A stretch of DNA of 64,000 nt, taken from positions 54,374,001 through 54,438,000 of the forward strand of contig NC_043014.1 of NCBI RefSeq assembly GCF_006345805.1. The letters are read 5' to 3'. Source of the stretch: Octopus sinensis (taxonomy: Eukaryota). The stretch's first letter is position 1; every line of letters begins with the position of its first letter. Below, one piece after another: positions 49,074-61,847 of this stretch. Below the pieces are notes generated by a model, which did not search any database, was not told the origin of the DNA, and saw nothing but the letters and a program-made list of their open reading frames with translations. Made by a program: the position numbers and the translations under genes.

Positions 49074-49250
49074 TCATCATCATCATTGTTCGACCGTGGT
49101 CGAGGCAATGGAATTTACTATGTTACGCCAGACTTCACGGTCCAACATGGCATTATGGAGGTCCTGTTGCTGGATGCCTGTATCCCTGGAGATTACATCA
49201 GGGTAGGAGAGTGTGCACCCTCTGGTATTGCGAGTAGATGGCTTCCTATA
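49074..49250 (-). mobile_element. LINE (RTE-like) 3' end with the stop codon inside the (TGA)n tail
   Basis: RKPSTRNTRGCTLSYPDVISRDTGIQQQDLHNAMLDREVWRNIVNSIASTTVEQ* followed immediately by (tga)n; the M.DR..WR motif is typical of RTE-type C-termini. Confidence 0.6.
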
Positions 49251-49571
49251 TGTACACACACACACGTGCATAAGGAGAAACATTGTTTGTGTATGTATAT
49301 ATGTACACACATACACACACACAAAATGTCCAAAACAAAATACGAATATTGTGTGTGTGTTTTTGTCCCCCTAGCATCACTTGACAACCGGTGCTAGTAT
49401 ATTTACGTCCCTATAACTTACCGGTTCAGCAAAAGAGACCGATAGAATAAGTACTAGGCAGACAAAGAATAAGTCCTGGGGTTGATTTGCTTGACTAAAG
49501 GCGGTGCTCCAGCATGGCCACAGTCAAATGACTGAAACAAGTAAAAGAGTAAAAAAATAAAAGAATATATA

Positions 49572-49627
<56 letters not shown>

Positions 49628-50146
49628 AAATATATAAAATATGTATATAATATATATATATATATATAGATATGAATTATATATATATGACAGACAGATA
49701 GAATATGATAGATGAGCCAAAAACCAGCATCTCCTCAGACAACCCTGTCTATGTGTGTGCCATATTTGGAGGTTCACACAAATGTCTAAATATACAGATG
49801 GAAAGACGCCAGTCACAAACCATTGTGATTAAGGATTAGCTAATTGCACATGCCGTTGCCCTCACAGAGAAACACAAAAGAACAGAATGAGAAACTAGAG
49901 TTTTAAATATTCTTTGTTATGAAAAGACACCCAAGTAATGAGATTACGTCTGTTTGGGGCTATTAATTAACGATTACAAAAACACATAATTCTTTTGACA
50001 ATAAACAGGTGGCCATATGGATTATCCAGTTCAGAAGTTTATGTACCACCAACCACATAGCTCTTACACTAGTTTCACTTACTGAACTATGGCCATGGTG
50101 GAGAAGTACCTTCACAGGTTTACCTGACCATGTCAAACCTCAGAAT

Positions 50147-50610
50147 TCATCATCATCATCATCATCACCATCGTTTAACGTCCGCTTTCCATGCTAGCAT
50201 GGGTTGGACGATTTTGACTGAGGGCTGGCGAACCAGATGGCCGCACCAAGCTCCAATCTTGATCTGGCAGAGTTTCTACAGCTGGATGCCCTTCCTAACA
50301 CCAACCACTCCGAGAGTGTAGTGGGTGCTTTTTACGTGCCAGCGGCATGGGACCAGTCAGCTGGATGCCTCTCCTAACACCAACCACTCCGAGAGTGTAG
50401 TAGATGCTTTTTATGTGCCACCGGCACGGGGGCCAGTCAGGCGGTACTGGCAATGACCTCACTTGAATCTTTTTACACATGCCACCGGCACAGGTGCCAG
50501 TAAAGGCGACGCTGGTAACGATCACGCTCGAATGGTGCCCTTTTACGTGCTACCGGCATGGAAGCCAGTTGGCTGCTCTAGCAACGATCACGCTCGGATG
50601 GTGCTCTTTG
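50147..50610 (-). mobile_element. Family B copy with internal duplication
   Basis: CAGCTGGATGCC...CCGAGAGTGTAG occurs twice; four to five core units. Confidence 0.8.
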
Positions 50611-52693
50611 CATATTTGAAAGTAAAAGTTGGTGATCAAAACAAGTCTTCGGCCCCTCAGAAGGTGTGAAAGCCATGTGTCAGGCGTTTACAGATATGGA
50701 CCAAGGGAACAAAAGATAAGTTGAGAGAATTTGAACTCAGAATGTAAAGACAGGCGAAATGCCACTAAGCATTTTGTCTGGTATGCTAACAATTCTGCCA
50801 GCTCGCTGCCTTAGCCGTGGGGAAATATTCCCTTGTAGGGAAATAGTGGTGAGGTGGCAGCAGGAAGGGCACCAGTCAGAGAAAATTTGCCTCAACAAGT
50901 TCCGCCTGACCCGTGCAAGAATGGAAAAGTGGATATGGTGATGGTGATGATGATGATGATGATAAGAAACCATATCTTGAATGAACAGATAAAACAAGAT
51001 TGCTGGTTTAACTTCTCCTCCTCACTCACCAAAACCGTCAGAGAAAGTACAAACAACACTCAAGCGATAAAAGATGGAACCCAGCTAACATTAGCTTATC
51101 ATCGTTTGCACTAAGACGCTAATTAGACAGACTGGACAAACAATATGACTAAGTTTATTTCATTGTGAGGAAGAACTGACCGACATGTGACTGACAGAGA
51201 AACCACTGTTGTTGAGAGAGAGAGAGAGAGTAGTGCATGCCACCCTGGGGTACAAACATATGAAGCTTGTCTGATAAGGGTACGTGCATTACAACCATAT
51301 GTGCATGGTGGTCTCATGTCAAGATAAACAATGGATGACCTTGCAGGTGGGGATCAGTTAGAATTTTTTCCTTCAGGTTGAGTAGATCATCCCACTCAAA
51401 AGGTCCTTGGATAAGGGTTGTTTAAGGACTCCCTTAATTTAGTCAATGTGGTAACGGAGTAAAGTTGGACTTGACTAATACTTTGTGGGTTAGTTTAGCA
51501 TAGGAGTTCTCAATTGGAGCCCATAAGAACCTTAGGGATCCATGTAAGATTGTGTTGTTAAAATCTATGTGCAACAGACAGCTTATAGTCTAACAATACA
51601 CAAAATATTTTAGCAATTTTTAAAATATAATTCCTAATATTATCAAATTACAAAAATAGGATTTTAAAAGCATCAAATGGCTGTGAGGGCCCACCTGAAT
51701 AAAAAAGGAAATTGTTCAGAACGATGGGTTTACAAGTCATCATTATCATCATCATCATCATCATCATCATCGTTGGTATTTTACATCCATTTTCCATGTT
51801 GCAGGCAGCATGTATTCAAGGACATACTCCTCCCCTACCCGGTTCAGGGGACATCATTAGCTTGCATTTCAAGTTTGAGGTCCTTAAAACTTAAGGGTTC
51901 TCGCCATCTCATTTCAAAACATTGTGGGGCTCCCAGGATGTCACTGCACTGGCCCTTCTCTTTCACTGGCCCCCGATATGTGTATGTATGTATGTGTGCT
52001 CGTGTCTGTGTGCACACTTGCCATTAAGTATACGTATTCTGCTCCTGTGTGTTGTTTTGTTTCAACCCCTTTTTATAGAATGGAGTTAAAAATAAAGAAT
52101 TTATGAACAAAGCGTAAAAATAACAGATCATGCGATCAATCTAAAAATAAACAACAGCAAAAAACACGTTCAGCCTGTTTCACATGAGGAAAGCGCTTTT
52201 AGTAGTAAGAAAAAACAACTAATAATAATAATAATAATAATAATGAAGAGAGTGTGGGAAACTGTGCAGACACAAATCCATTCTGAAAGTTTATGTTCAA
52301 ATGCAGTTGATTATAAAAAAGCAAATATGACCATTAACTTATTTTTATTATCATATTTTTCACGAGAAAATAAAATATATACTAATATATAAAAAAAAAA
52401 AAAGATATTAACCGCTTTGTTACCCAATTCCTATTGAAATAAATGCGGAGACTTTATTTCAATAAATTCTGTAAACAATAGTCAATTCATTTCCTTTTTT
52501 TTTCTCTTCTATATATGATGGGATTCTTTCAGTTTCCTTCAACCAAATCCACTCACAAGGCATTGGTCAACCCCGGGCTATAGCGGAAGACCCTTACCCA
52601 AAGCGCTGCACGCTGGAACCAAACCTGGAACCGTTTTACCAATGTTGTTTTATAAAGTTCAATACATTTCCTAACAAATCTTTCCTTTTAAAC

Positions 52694-53135
52694 CAGTTCT
52701 CAACTGCGGTCCCTATCACCCTTAGGGATCATATAAGATTTTGGTGTTAAAATTTATATACAATAAACTAATCATACTTCTACAAGACACATGGTATTTT
52801 AATTTTTCTATACAATTCCTCAAGGCCTGAGATTTGCGGGGAAGGGACCAGTTGATTACATCAACCCCAGTATTTCACTGGTACCTAATTTATCGACCCT
52901 GAAAGGATGACTCAAAGTCAACCTCGGTGGAAACTGAACTAAGAACATAGCGATGGGCAAAAAACACTGCTAAGTATTTTGTCCTATTTCGCTAACGATT
53001 CTGCCAGTTCGTTGCCTTATATACAATTCCTAAAATTTAATTAGCAAGAATTTTTTTTTTCATACAGCGAAATGGCTGTGAGGGTTCACCTCAGTAAAGT
53101 AGGAATCACAGGCTAAAAACGGCTGAAAATCACTG
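52694..53135. mobile_element. hAT-type MITE with a nested SINE C (52822-53018)
   Basis: CAGTTCTCAAC...GCTGAAAATCACTG termini with diverged 8-bp flanks; a related copy lies at ~51503-51720. Confidence 0.55.
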
Positions 53136-53260
53136 CTTGAAACAAACAATTTTAACCATGTCCCGTTGCCAGAGAACCATTGGAAAGTTCTTAAAATAAC
53201 TTTGTGATTATTAAGATGTTTGGGATGGAAACAAGAGTGAAATTCAGATGGAAGGTCTTA

Positions 53261-53673
53261 ATAGGCGCAGGAGTGGCTGTGTGGTAAGTAGCTTGTCTAC
53301 CAACCACATGGTTCCGGGTTCAGTCCCACTGCATGGCACCTTAGGTAAGTGTCTTCTACTATAGCCTCGAGCCGACCAAAGCCTTGTGAGTGGATTTGGT
53401 AGACGGAAACTGAAAGAAGCCCGTCGTATATATGTGTATATATATATGCGTGTGTGTGTTTGTGTGTCTGTGTTTGTCCCCCTAGCATTGCTTGACAACC
53501 GATGCTGGTGTGTTTATGTCCCCGTCACTTAGCGGTTCGGCAAAAGAGACCGATAGAATAAGTACTGGGCTTACAAAAAGAATAAGTCCCGGGGTCGAGT
53601 TGCTCGATTAAAGGCGGTGCTCCAGCATGGCCACAGTCAAATGACTGAAACAAGTGAAAGAGTAAAAAAGAGT
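53261..53673 (+). mobile_element. SINE family A, full length
   Basis: Near-consensus copy. Confidence 0.9.
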
Positions 53674-53825
53674 AATTAAGATGGTTATCAAAAGGGTTAA
53701 TTATCTGAGTCACTTTTGTATAACGATGATTGACGATACTTTTTACAAAATAAAAACTTAAGGAATCAAAACATCTGCTAAACTTGCTTTATCAACCATT
53801 ATCTTTTATCTTTCCCTGTACTTCT

Positions 53826-54213
53826 TCATCATCATCATCATCATCGTTTAACGTCTGCTTTCCATGCTAGCATGGGTTGGACGATTTGACTGAGGGCTGG
53901 TGAACCAGATGGCTGCACCGGGCTCCAATCTGATCTGGCAGAGGTTTTACAGCTGGATGCCCTTCCTAACGCCAACCACTCCGAGAGTGTAGTGGGTGCT
54001 TTTATATATATATATGTGTGTGTGTGTGTGTATCATCATCATCGTTTAACGTCTGCTTTCCATGCTGGCATGGGTTGGACGATTTTGACTGAGGGTTGGT
54101 GAACCAGATGACTGCACCAGTCTTCAATCTTGATCTGGCAGAGGTTTTACAGCTGGATGCCCTTCCTAACGCCAACCACTCCGAGAGTGTAGTGGGTGCT
54201 TTTACGTGCCACC
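53826..54213 (-). mobile_element. Two tandem family B 3' ends
   Basis: 53826-54003 and 54033-54213 are near-identical and separated by (TA)(TG). Confidence 0.8.
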
Positions 54214-54624
54214 GGATATGGCTATGTTGTCTGAATCCTGACTCAATCATGGCAGGACTCCCCTCCAACAGATAGGTGAAACGACATGGCCAGTCTGGGG
54301 CACACTGCCATAACATCAAGCAGTCAAGCACTGGAATAAGGAAGAGGATAAGTTTTTTTTCTCTTGATACAGTTGAGCGAACAATGGTTGAGGGTGAAAA
54401 GGAGTGGCCAGAACAGAAACATTTCCCATTTATTAGGTCAGATTAATTACTTAGAATAACCTCTTAATTAATAATTAACCCATTTCGTCTCCCTATTCCT
54501 ATCTATTTTTAGCTTATTAGGAATACAATAACGAATCTGATGAAATAATTTTGTCATTACTAATCTGAGGCTTGAAACCAATAAAGAAAGAAATATTTTG
54601 AGAGAAGGTTTTCAGGCATTAAAA

Positions 54625-54975
54625 ATGTGGCCATGCTGGGGCACTGCCTTCAAGAATTCTAAGTCAAGTGAACCAACACCAGAATTTATCATCGTTTTTA
54701 AGCTTGGTACTGACCCTGTCGGTTTCTTTTGTTGAACTGTTAAGTTGTAGGGACATAAACACACCAACACAGGTTGTCAAGTGGCAATGAATGACAAACA
54801 CACACACACACACACACATGCGACAGGTTTCTTTCAGTTTCTGTCAACCAAATCCCCTCACAAACCTTTGGCCTGCCCAGGGCTATAGTAGAAGACACTT
54901 GCCCAAGATAGTCCCGCAGTGGGACTGAACCCCGAACCATGTGGCTAGAAAGCAAGTTTTCTACCACACAGCCAC
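54625..54975 (-). mobile_element. SINE family A, older copy
   Basis: Diverged reverse complement of family A. Confidence 0.75.
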
Positions 54976-55056
54976 CTTACACCAGGAAGTTAGTATAACA
55001 CTGAACCAAGGATGGTTTGAGACAGGTCTGAGATAAAATAATATTTCTGGAATTTA

Positions 55057-55272
55057 AGGTGGCGAGCTGACAGAATCGTTAGCACGCCAGGTGAAATGCT
55101 AAGCAGTATTTCGTCTGCCTTTATGTTCTGAGTTCAAATTCCACTGAGGTCAACTTTGCCTTTCATCCTTTTGGGGTCAACGAATTAAGTACCAGTTGCA
55201 TACTGGAGTCGATCTAATCGACTGGCTCCCTCCCCAGAAATTTTGGGCCTTGTGCCTAGAGTAGAAAAGAAT
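55057..55272 (+). mobile_element. SINE family C (alternative tail)
   Basis: Family C head and core. Confidence 0.85.
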
Positions 55273-55287
55273 ATTTCTTGAACTTAA

Positions 55288-55675
55288 TCTTTTATCTTTA
55301 ACTTGTTTCAATCATTGGATTACAGCCATGCTGGAGCACTGTTTTGAAGACTTTAGTAAAAACAAAAAAAAAAAAAAATCAAGCCCAGTACTTAATCCTT
55401 TTGGTTCTTTTTGCCAAACCACAAAGTTACAAGGACATAACCAAACAACACCAGTTGTCAAGCAGTAACAAGGACAAACACAAAGACATACACACACACA
55501 CACACACACACACATGTATACGTTGTGCTTCTTTCAGTTTCCATTTACCAAATCTACTCACAAGGCATTGGTTTGCCTGGTGTATAATAGAAGACACTTG
55601 CCCAAGGTGCCATGCAGTGGGACTGAACCCAAGACCACAGAGGTGAAAAGAAAGCCAACTTCTTAACCACAGTCA
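55288..55675 (-). mobile_element. SINE family A; a partial inverted twin lies at 55721-55847
   Basis: Reverse complement of family A. Confidence 0.8.
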
Positions 55676-56004
55676 CAAAATCATTCGTCCTTTGTAAATT
55701 TATTTTATTCTCATTATTCTCAATGCCTTGTGAGTAGATTTGGTAAATGGAAACTGAAAGAAGCGCATCATATACTGAGTGTATGTCTTTGTGTTTGTCC
55801 CTGTTACTGCTTGACAACTGGTGTTTGTTTGGTTATGTCCTTGTAACTCATTTTCGTTGACCTGAGTGTCATTGGCCAATGGCTTTCATTACATCAATCA
55901 TTGCTTCTCTGCATTTTGTGGGGCAGCCGTGAAATTGAACCAGGGAACCACATGTTGCAAAGCAAACTTCTCAACTATTTGGCTACACCAGCACTCTCTA
56001 CAGC

Positions 56005-56375
56005 AGTGGCTATGTGGCAAGAAGCTTGCTTCCCAACCACATGGCCATGGGTTCAGTCCCACTGCGTGGCACCTTGGGCAAGTGACTTCTACTATAGCCA
56101 TTCGCCAACCGTAGCCTTGTGAGTGGATTTGGAACTGTGAGGAAGCCTGTGGTATATGCATGTGTCTTTGTGTCTGTCTTTTTCCCCCACCACTGTTGTT
56201 GGTTTGTTTATGTCTTTGTAACTTAGCAGTTCTGCAAAAGAGACTGACAGAATAAATATCAGGCTTAAAAAAAATCAATACTGGGGTCAGTTCATTTGAC
56301 TAAAAACCCTTCAAGGCAGTGCCCCAGCATGGCCACAGTCTAATGACCGAAACAAGAAAAAGAGGAAAAAAGAAT
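56005..56375 (+). mobile_element. SINE family A, older copy
   Basis: Head, body and tail are recognisable. Confidence 0.8.
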
Positions 56376-56649
56376 AAACAAAAAAAGCCTGTCCCATGAG
56401 TTGTTTTAAATGACATTTCTGATGTCGTTAATGGGTTTTTAAAAACCACCAACACCTCTCTCTCTCACTATTCAGCTTTTTTATAGCTCAGACCTCCACC
56501 CAGAAATCACAACCCTTCTACCCTAACCAGTGAACATGTGCCTACACACACACATTCTATTACCACCACACGTTTTACAACCGGCACACAACGAACTGAT
56601 AAAAACATTAAAGGTTAATTACCTAAAATAATTAATATATATAATAATG

Positions 56650-56841
56650 TGAGAGTGTGCAGCTTAGTGGTTAGGATGTTGCACTCACAATTGTGAGATC
56701 GTGGGTTCGATTCCCAGAGCAGGCAGTGCTGGGTTCAGTCCCACTGTGTGGCACCTTGGGCAAGTGTCTTCTGCTATAGCCTCAGGCCGACCAAAGCCTT
56801 GAGAGTGGATTTGGTAGACGGAAACTGAAAGAAGCCCGCCG

Positions 56842-56898
<57 letters not shown>

Positions 56899-57106
56899 GG
56901 GTGTGTTTGTGTGTCTGTGTTTGTCCCCCCAACATCGCTTGACAACCGATGCTGGTGTGTTTACGTCCGCGTAACTTAGCGGTTCGGCAAAAGAGACCGT
57001 TAGAATAAGTACTAGGCCTACAATGAATAAGTTCTGGGGTTGATTTGCTCGACTAAAGGCGGTGCTCCAGTATGGCCACAGTCACATGACTGAAGCAAGT
57101 AAAAGA

Positions 57107-57110
<4 letters not shown>
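56650..57110 (+). mobile_element. SINE family A body with a different tRNA-like head
   Basis: GCAGCTTAGTGGTTAGG...CTCACAATTGTGAG...GGGTTCGATTCCC is joined to family A at GGGTTCAGTCCC. Confidence 0.75.
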
Positions 57111-57141
<31 letters not shown>

Positions 57142-57379
57142 ATGTGAGTAATCTCTTATGATAAAAGACAGATTTTCTCTGCCTGTTCCCATGTTCCTTT
57201 TTAATACAATTCTACAATATGGAATTTCTTCAATTGGAATTTACCTATGATTTTTCTAAGTAGATTTGATTGGGTCATGGCATATAAAGTTTTTTTCAAT
57301 TTGACCCCCAATTAAGCAAAAATTTGAGAAAACTCAATATTTTACGATTTACCTGGAATAATGTTTGCTTCTCAAACCC

Positions 57380-57822
57380 TCTTTCATGGGTCTGAAGAGA
57401 TGATAGCCTGAAGGCGCTAAATTATTTCAATGGCGTTAGGAAGGGCATCCAGCTGTAGAAACACTGCCAGACCTGACTGGACTGGTGCAGCTTTCGGGCT
57501 CCCCAGACCCCAGTTGAACCGTCCAACCCATGCTAGCATGGAAAGCGGATGTTAAATGATGATGATGATGATGATGATGAGGAAGTGAAAACTGTAGCGA
57601 AGAAGTGGCTCAAAGAACAGTCAACAGAATTTTATGGGGCAGGGATACATGCTCTCATTCAAAGGTGGAACATTGCTATTGAGAGAAACGGTGACTATGT
57701 TGAGAAGTAGGGATGTGATCCAGAGAGGACCAGCTTCCTTTTGATGTATGATACATGTTCCTGTGTTGGTAATTATACCTGTCCTAAACAAAATGGCATT
57801 ACTTTTTGACTCACCCTCGTAT
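57380..57822 (+). mobile_element. Mariner transposon 3' end with TIR, interrupted by a family B copy (57431-57580)
   Basis: DEEVKTVAKKWLKEQSTEFYGAGIHALIQRWNIAIERNGDYVEK* is a mariner C-terminus (RW.......G.YVEK); TIR CATTACTTTTTGACTCACCCTCG followed by TA. Confidence 0.85.
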
Positions 57823-58133
57823 ATACTGTGTAGCTTTAATCAAAGATGCAAAAGTGGCAACCAAGACATTTGCAAAACCTTTCAGGCCATTCGGGAACAG
57901 GGAGAAGAGGAGAAAAAACAAGACTCCATTAAGTTGCTGGTAGCCAATATTTGGCTCTCTCTAAAGTACATCTATTAAAAGTCAGAGGCTTCAGGTGTCT
58001 GGCAGCAAATATGTCAGCCTGCTGAGGAGGCATTAATTAGAAGATTAGCCAACATAGCCAAGATTAGTGAAACATGTGGAGAATTACTGGCTATGGGCTT
58101 ATGAATGGTTGAGCAACCATTGATAGTATAGGC

Positions 58134-58945
58134 CAGTGTTTCTCGGCCTTTGTGCCCTTGCGCAATCCTTAAAATAAATTACGTCTCAAGAAACCCCTGC
58201 ACAAAAAAAAATTATATACCATAACATACTCATATTTTTTCATCGTAGTTCATGTAACTCATCATCGTTTAACGTCCGCTTTCCCTGCTAGCATGGGTTG
58301 GACGGTTCAACTGGGGTCTGTGAAGCCAGGGGCTGCACCAGGCTCCGGTCTGATCTGGCAGTGTTTCTACAGCTGGATGCCCTTTCTAACGCTAACCACT
58401 CCGTGAGTGTAGTGGGTGCTTTTTACGTGCCACCTGCACTGGTGCCATGTGAGGCTGGCATCGGCCACGGTCGGATTGGTGCATTTTACGTGCCACCGGC
58501 ACGGAAGCCAGTCGAGGCGGCACTGGCTTCGGCCACGCATATATATATGTGTGTGTGGTTGTTATATTTTTTTGATAGGAAGATATCAATATTACAATAA
58601 CCAATATGTTGTGCATGTATAGCGATATTTATTTCTTTATTGCCCACAGGGGGCTAAACGCAGAGAGGACAAACAAGGACAGACAAAAAGATCAAGTCGA
58701 TTACATCGACCCCAGTGTGTAACTGGTACTTATTCAATCGATCCTGAAAAGATGACAGGCAAAGCCAACCATGACAGAATTTGAACTCAGAACGTAACGG
58801 CAGACGAAATACCGCTAAGCATTTCACCCTGTATGCTAATGAAATCATGAAATTAGAATTAGCTTATCTCACTCGTTCTTGTGGAACCCCGAAGAACCCT
58901 TTGCAGAACTTTAGGGTTCCAGGGAACCACAGCTGAGAAACGCTG
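58134..58945. mobile_element. hAT (Charlie/Buster-type) MITE with two nested retroposons
   Basis: TIR CAGTGTTTCTC / GAGAAACGCTG; perfect 8-bp TSD GTATAGGC (58126-58133, 58946-58953) of the nnnTAnnn type. Contains family B (58259-58537) and SINE C (58628-58840). Confidence 0.85.
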
Positions 58946-59609
58946 GTATAGGCACTTCGATACTCCTTAGGAGATTTCAAATTCCATAGGTGGCTGCCTG
59001 TGAATTTAGTAAAAGCCTTTGAACGAAAGGGTATGAAAGCTGTTTTATCTCCTTGAACCAGAAGTTTTCTGATCTCTTCCCACCACTCTTTTCTCCTCAC
59101 AGGTCCTACTCTTCCTACAGAAACCAATGAGAAAACCTCAGGGTGGCCACCTGACTGACCTACTATAAACAACAGTCAAATCTCACAGCATATCCCATCG
59201 CCTTTGAAAGAAAACAAAAAAAATATACATTAGCTATTGTGGATATAGACGTAGTGTCTAGGGAAAATACTGAGAAGGGAGGGTCGCGATTGGAATGCCT
59301 TTCGTGAATCAGAGTTGACCAGGTGGGGTGGGGATGCTGAACAGAAACAACTATCAAGTTGCTTGACCCACTAAAAATAGCAGCCCACCCCCTTTCTCAA
59401 TCGCATTTGACTGTATCATCAAATAAGTAAATATTTCTAAAACAACAAAACAAACAAAACACACCGGATGGTCACGGATGAATTGCCTCCGATGCCAGGC
59501 GCCTACTGAAATGAGAACTGAGGATGTCAATAAGCAGCCAGATAACCATCTCCACTCACAGTCTCCACTCATAAGCAAGGCTGTGTCACAACAGACGAGA
59601 ATTTACAAT

Positions 59610-59787
59610 ACTCTTTTACTGCGACCATGCTGGAGCACCGCCTTTAGTGAGCAAATCGACCCCCCCCCCCGGACTTATTCTTTGTAAGCCCAGTACTTAT
59701 TCTATCGGTCTTTTACCGAACCGCTAAGTGACGGGGACGTAAACACACCAGCATCGGTTGTCAGGAAATGCTAGGGGGGGGGGACAA

Positions 59788-59848
<61 letters not shown>

Positions 59849-60002
59849 CGACAGGCTTCTTTCAGTTTCCATCTACCAAATCCACTCACAAGGCATTGAT
59901 CGGCCCGGGGCTATAGCAGAAGACACTTGCCCAAGATGCCACGCAGTGGGACTGAACCCAGAACCATGTGGTTGGTTAGCAAGCTACTTACCACACAGCC
60001 AC
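59610..60002 (-). mobile_element. SINE family A
   Basis: Reverse complement of family A. Confidence 0.85.
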
Positions 60003-60617
60003 AATTATTATAATAAAATAGTTTTGCCCTGAAATAATTAAAAAGCTGATAACTTTTTAGCAAAATATAATTATTTCCTCCAACAATAAAATCAAAATAA
60101 ATTCTTTTTCCCAATGCTCGGATCTCGCATCATTGGATCCAGTTCCACATTGAATGGTCTACGCTGCTTCAATAAGCGACAACCTGAGCTTCTATTAAGG
60201 TCGCTAGAAACAGTAGCCAAATTCTCATCATATCATACCTCATAATTTATTCATTATAACAATTGCAAGTAAATTTCTTCCACACAACGAAACTAAATAA
60301 CGATAGGAATCAACAAATGTGCCTCTTCTACAAGGTAGCTTAACTTCCTAAAAATAACAGCCAAATTTACCTCAAGTCACATCACATTAACAGAGGATGC
60401 ACTAAAGAATCTAGTCCTAGATCTACCACGTCTCTCTCTCACACACACACTTGATAATAAATAAACGGTAACTTCTCTGTTGGAGCATCTTTGATCTTAA
60501 TTAGCAGGTTCTGCTAGAATGAAGACAGAGGGTCTGAAATTTCAGCAACATGCTTTTCTTAAAAAGAAAAAAAGAAGAGATACCGCCATCCGTTTAAAAG
60601 GTCAATCTCACACTCAC

Positions 60618-60641
60618 CGACATGTCTGATCCGTGACCCAT
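60618..60641 (-). CDS. Candidate first coding exon segment (MGHGSDMS) of an unidentified gene
   Basis: Lies in unique, relatively GC-rich sequence: AACAATGG start context, 8 codons, then a strong donor G|GTGAGT (phase 0). No homology recognised. Confidence 0.3.
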
Positions 60642-61229
60642 TGTTAGACTGTCCTTTCTCTCCTGTCTCCTGTCGCTTTCCGCTGCTACTGCTGCATTCC
60701 AAAGGAATGTAGTTCCAGGAACAACTGCATCCCACTGGAATTCCCCCCGCCCCCCACAAATTCCGCTCTCCCTCCCTCTTTCTCTCTCTCTCTCCACTGA
60801 AATATTTCAAACGAACTCGGTCGACTGAACTTCACGCACTTGCTTCAAACCACTTCACGTGGTTCTAAAAATACCTGAGCAATCTCTGGCTTTTTACTCA
60901 CTTCTCTCAACACACACACACACTCACACAATTCAATAATGGACATTTTGTTTTATTTATTATTATTATTATGATTATTATTATTTGTGTTGCTGTTAAA
61001 TATTTTAAAGAAGCCAAAATTAGAAAAGCAACAAACACAACAAAAAAAGTGCCTTTAAAAAAAAATATTTGTGTCTAAAACTATCGATCAATCGTATTTG
61101 TGAAAGAAATCGCTTTTATTCATTTACGGTATATATATGCATGGAGAGACATTCACATACATAATTGTGTATGTATATATGTGTGTAATATATATATATA
61201 TATATTATATACATACACAAATATACACG

Positions 61230-61265
<36 letters not shown>

Positions 61266-61295
61266 AAACATACACAAATATATACACACATACAC

Positions 61296-61346
<51 letters not shown>

Positions 61347-61427
61347 ACACAAATATATACACACACACACAGATATATATATATATAAAAAACATACACA
61401 AATATATACACACACACACACACACAG

Positions 61428-61464
<37 letters not shown>

Positions 61465-61784
61465 ATATATATATACATGCACACAATTATATATATTTGG
61501 TTATTTGTGTATCTTGTTTTAAAAAAACAAGGAAAAACATGATTTAAGGCAATGTACTCAATATATAAATAAAAGGGTGGAGGAACTTATTAAAAAAAAT
61601 ATTACTCCTCAAAAATTTTTTAAAAAACTAGGCACAATTTCTCAACAGAATTTCATGCCAATGTATGTGATGTGTATGGAATGGTTTAGAAGTGGAAGAA
61701 ACAAACCCAATCCCCTGGGTAAAGAAGTATGGAGAGGGAGAAAAAGATAGATAGATGGATAGACAGACAGACAGACAGACAGAC

Positions 61785-61847
<63 letters not shown>

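Noticed and set aside
58020-58055. CTGAGGA-GGC...GCC hammerhead candidate
   Set aside because: Lacks GAAA and stems I and III.
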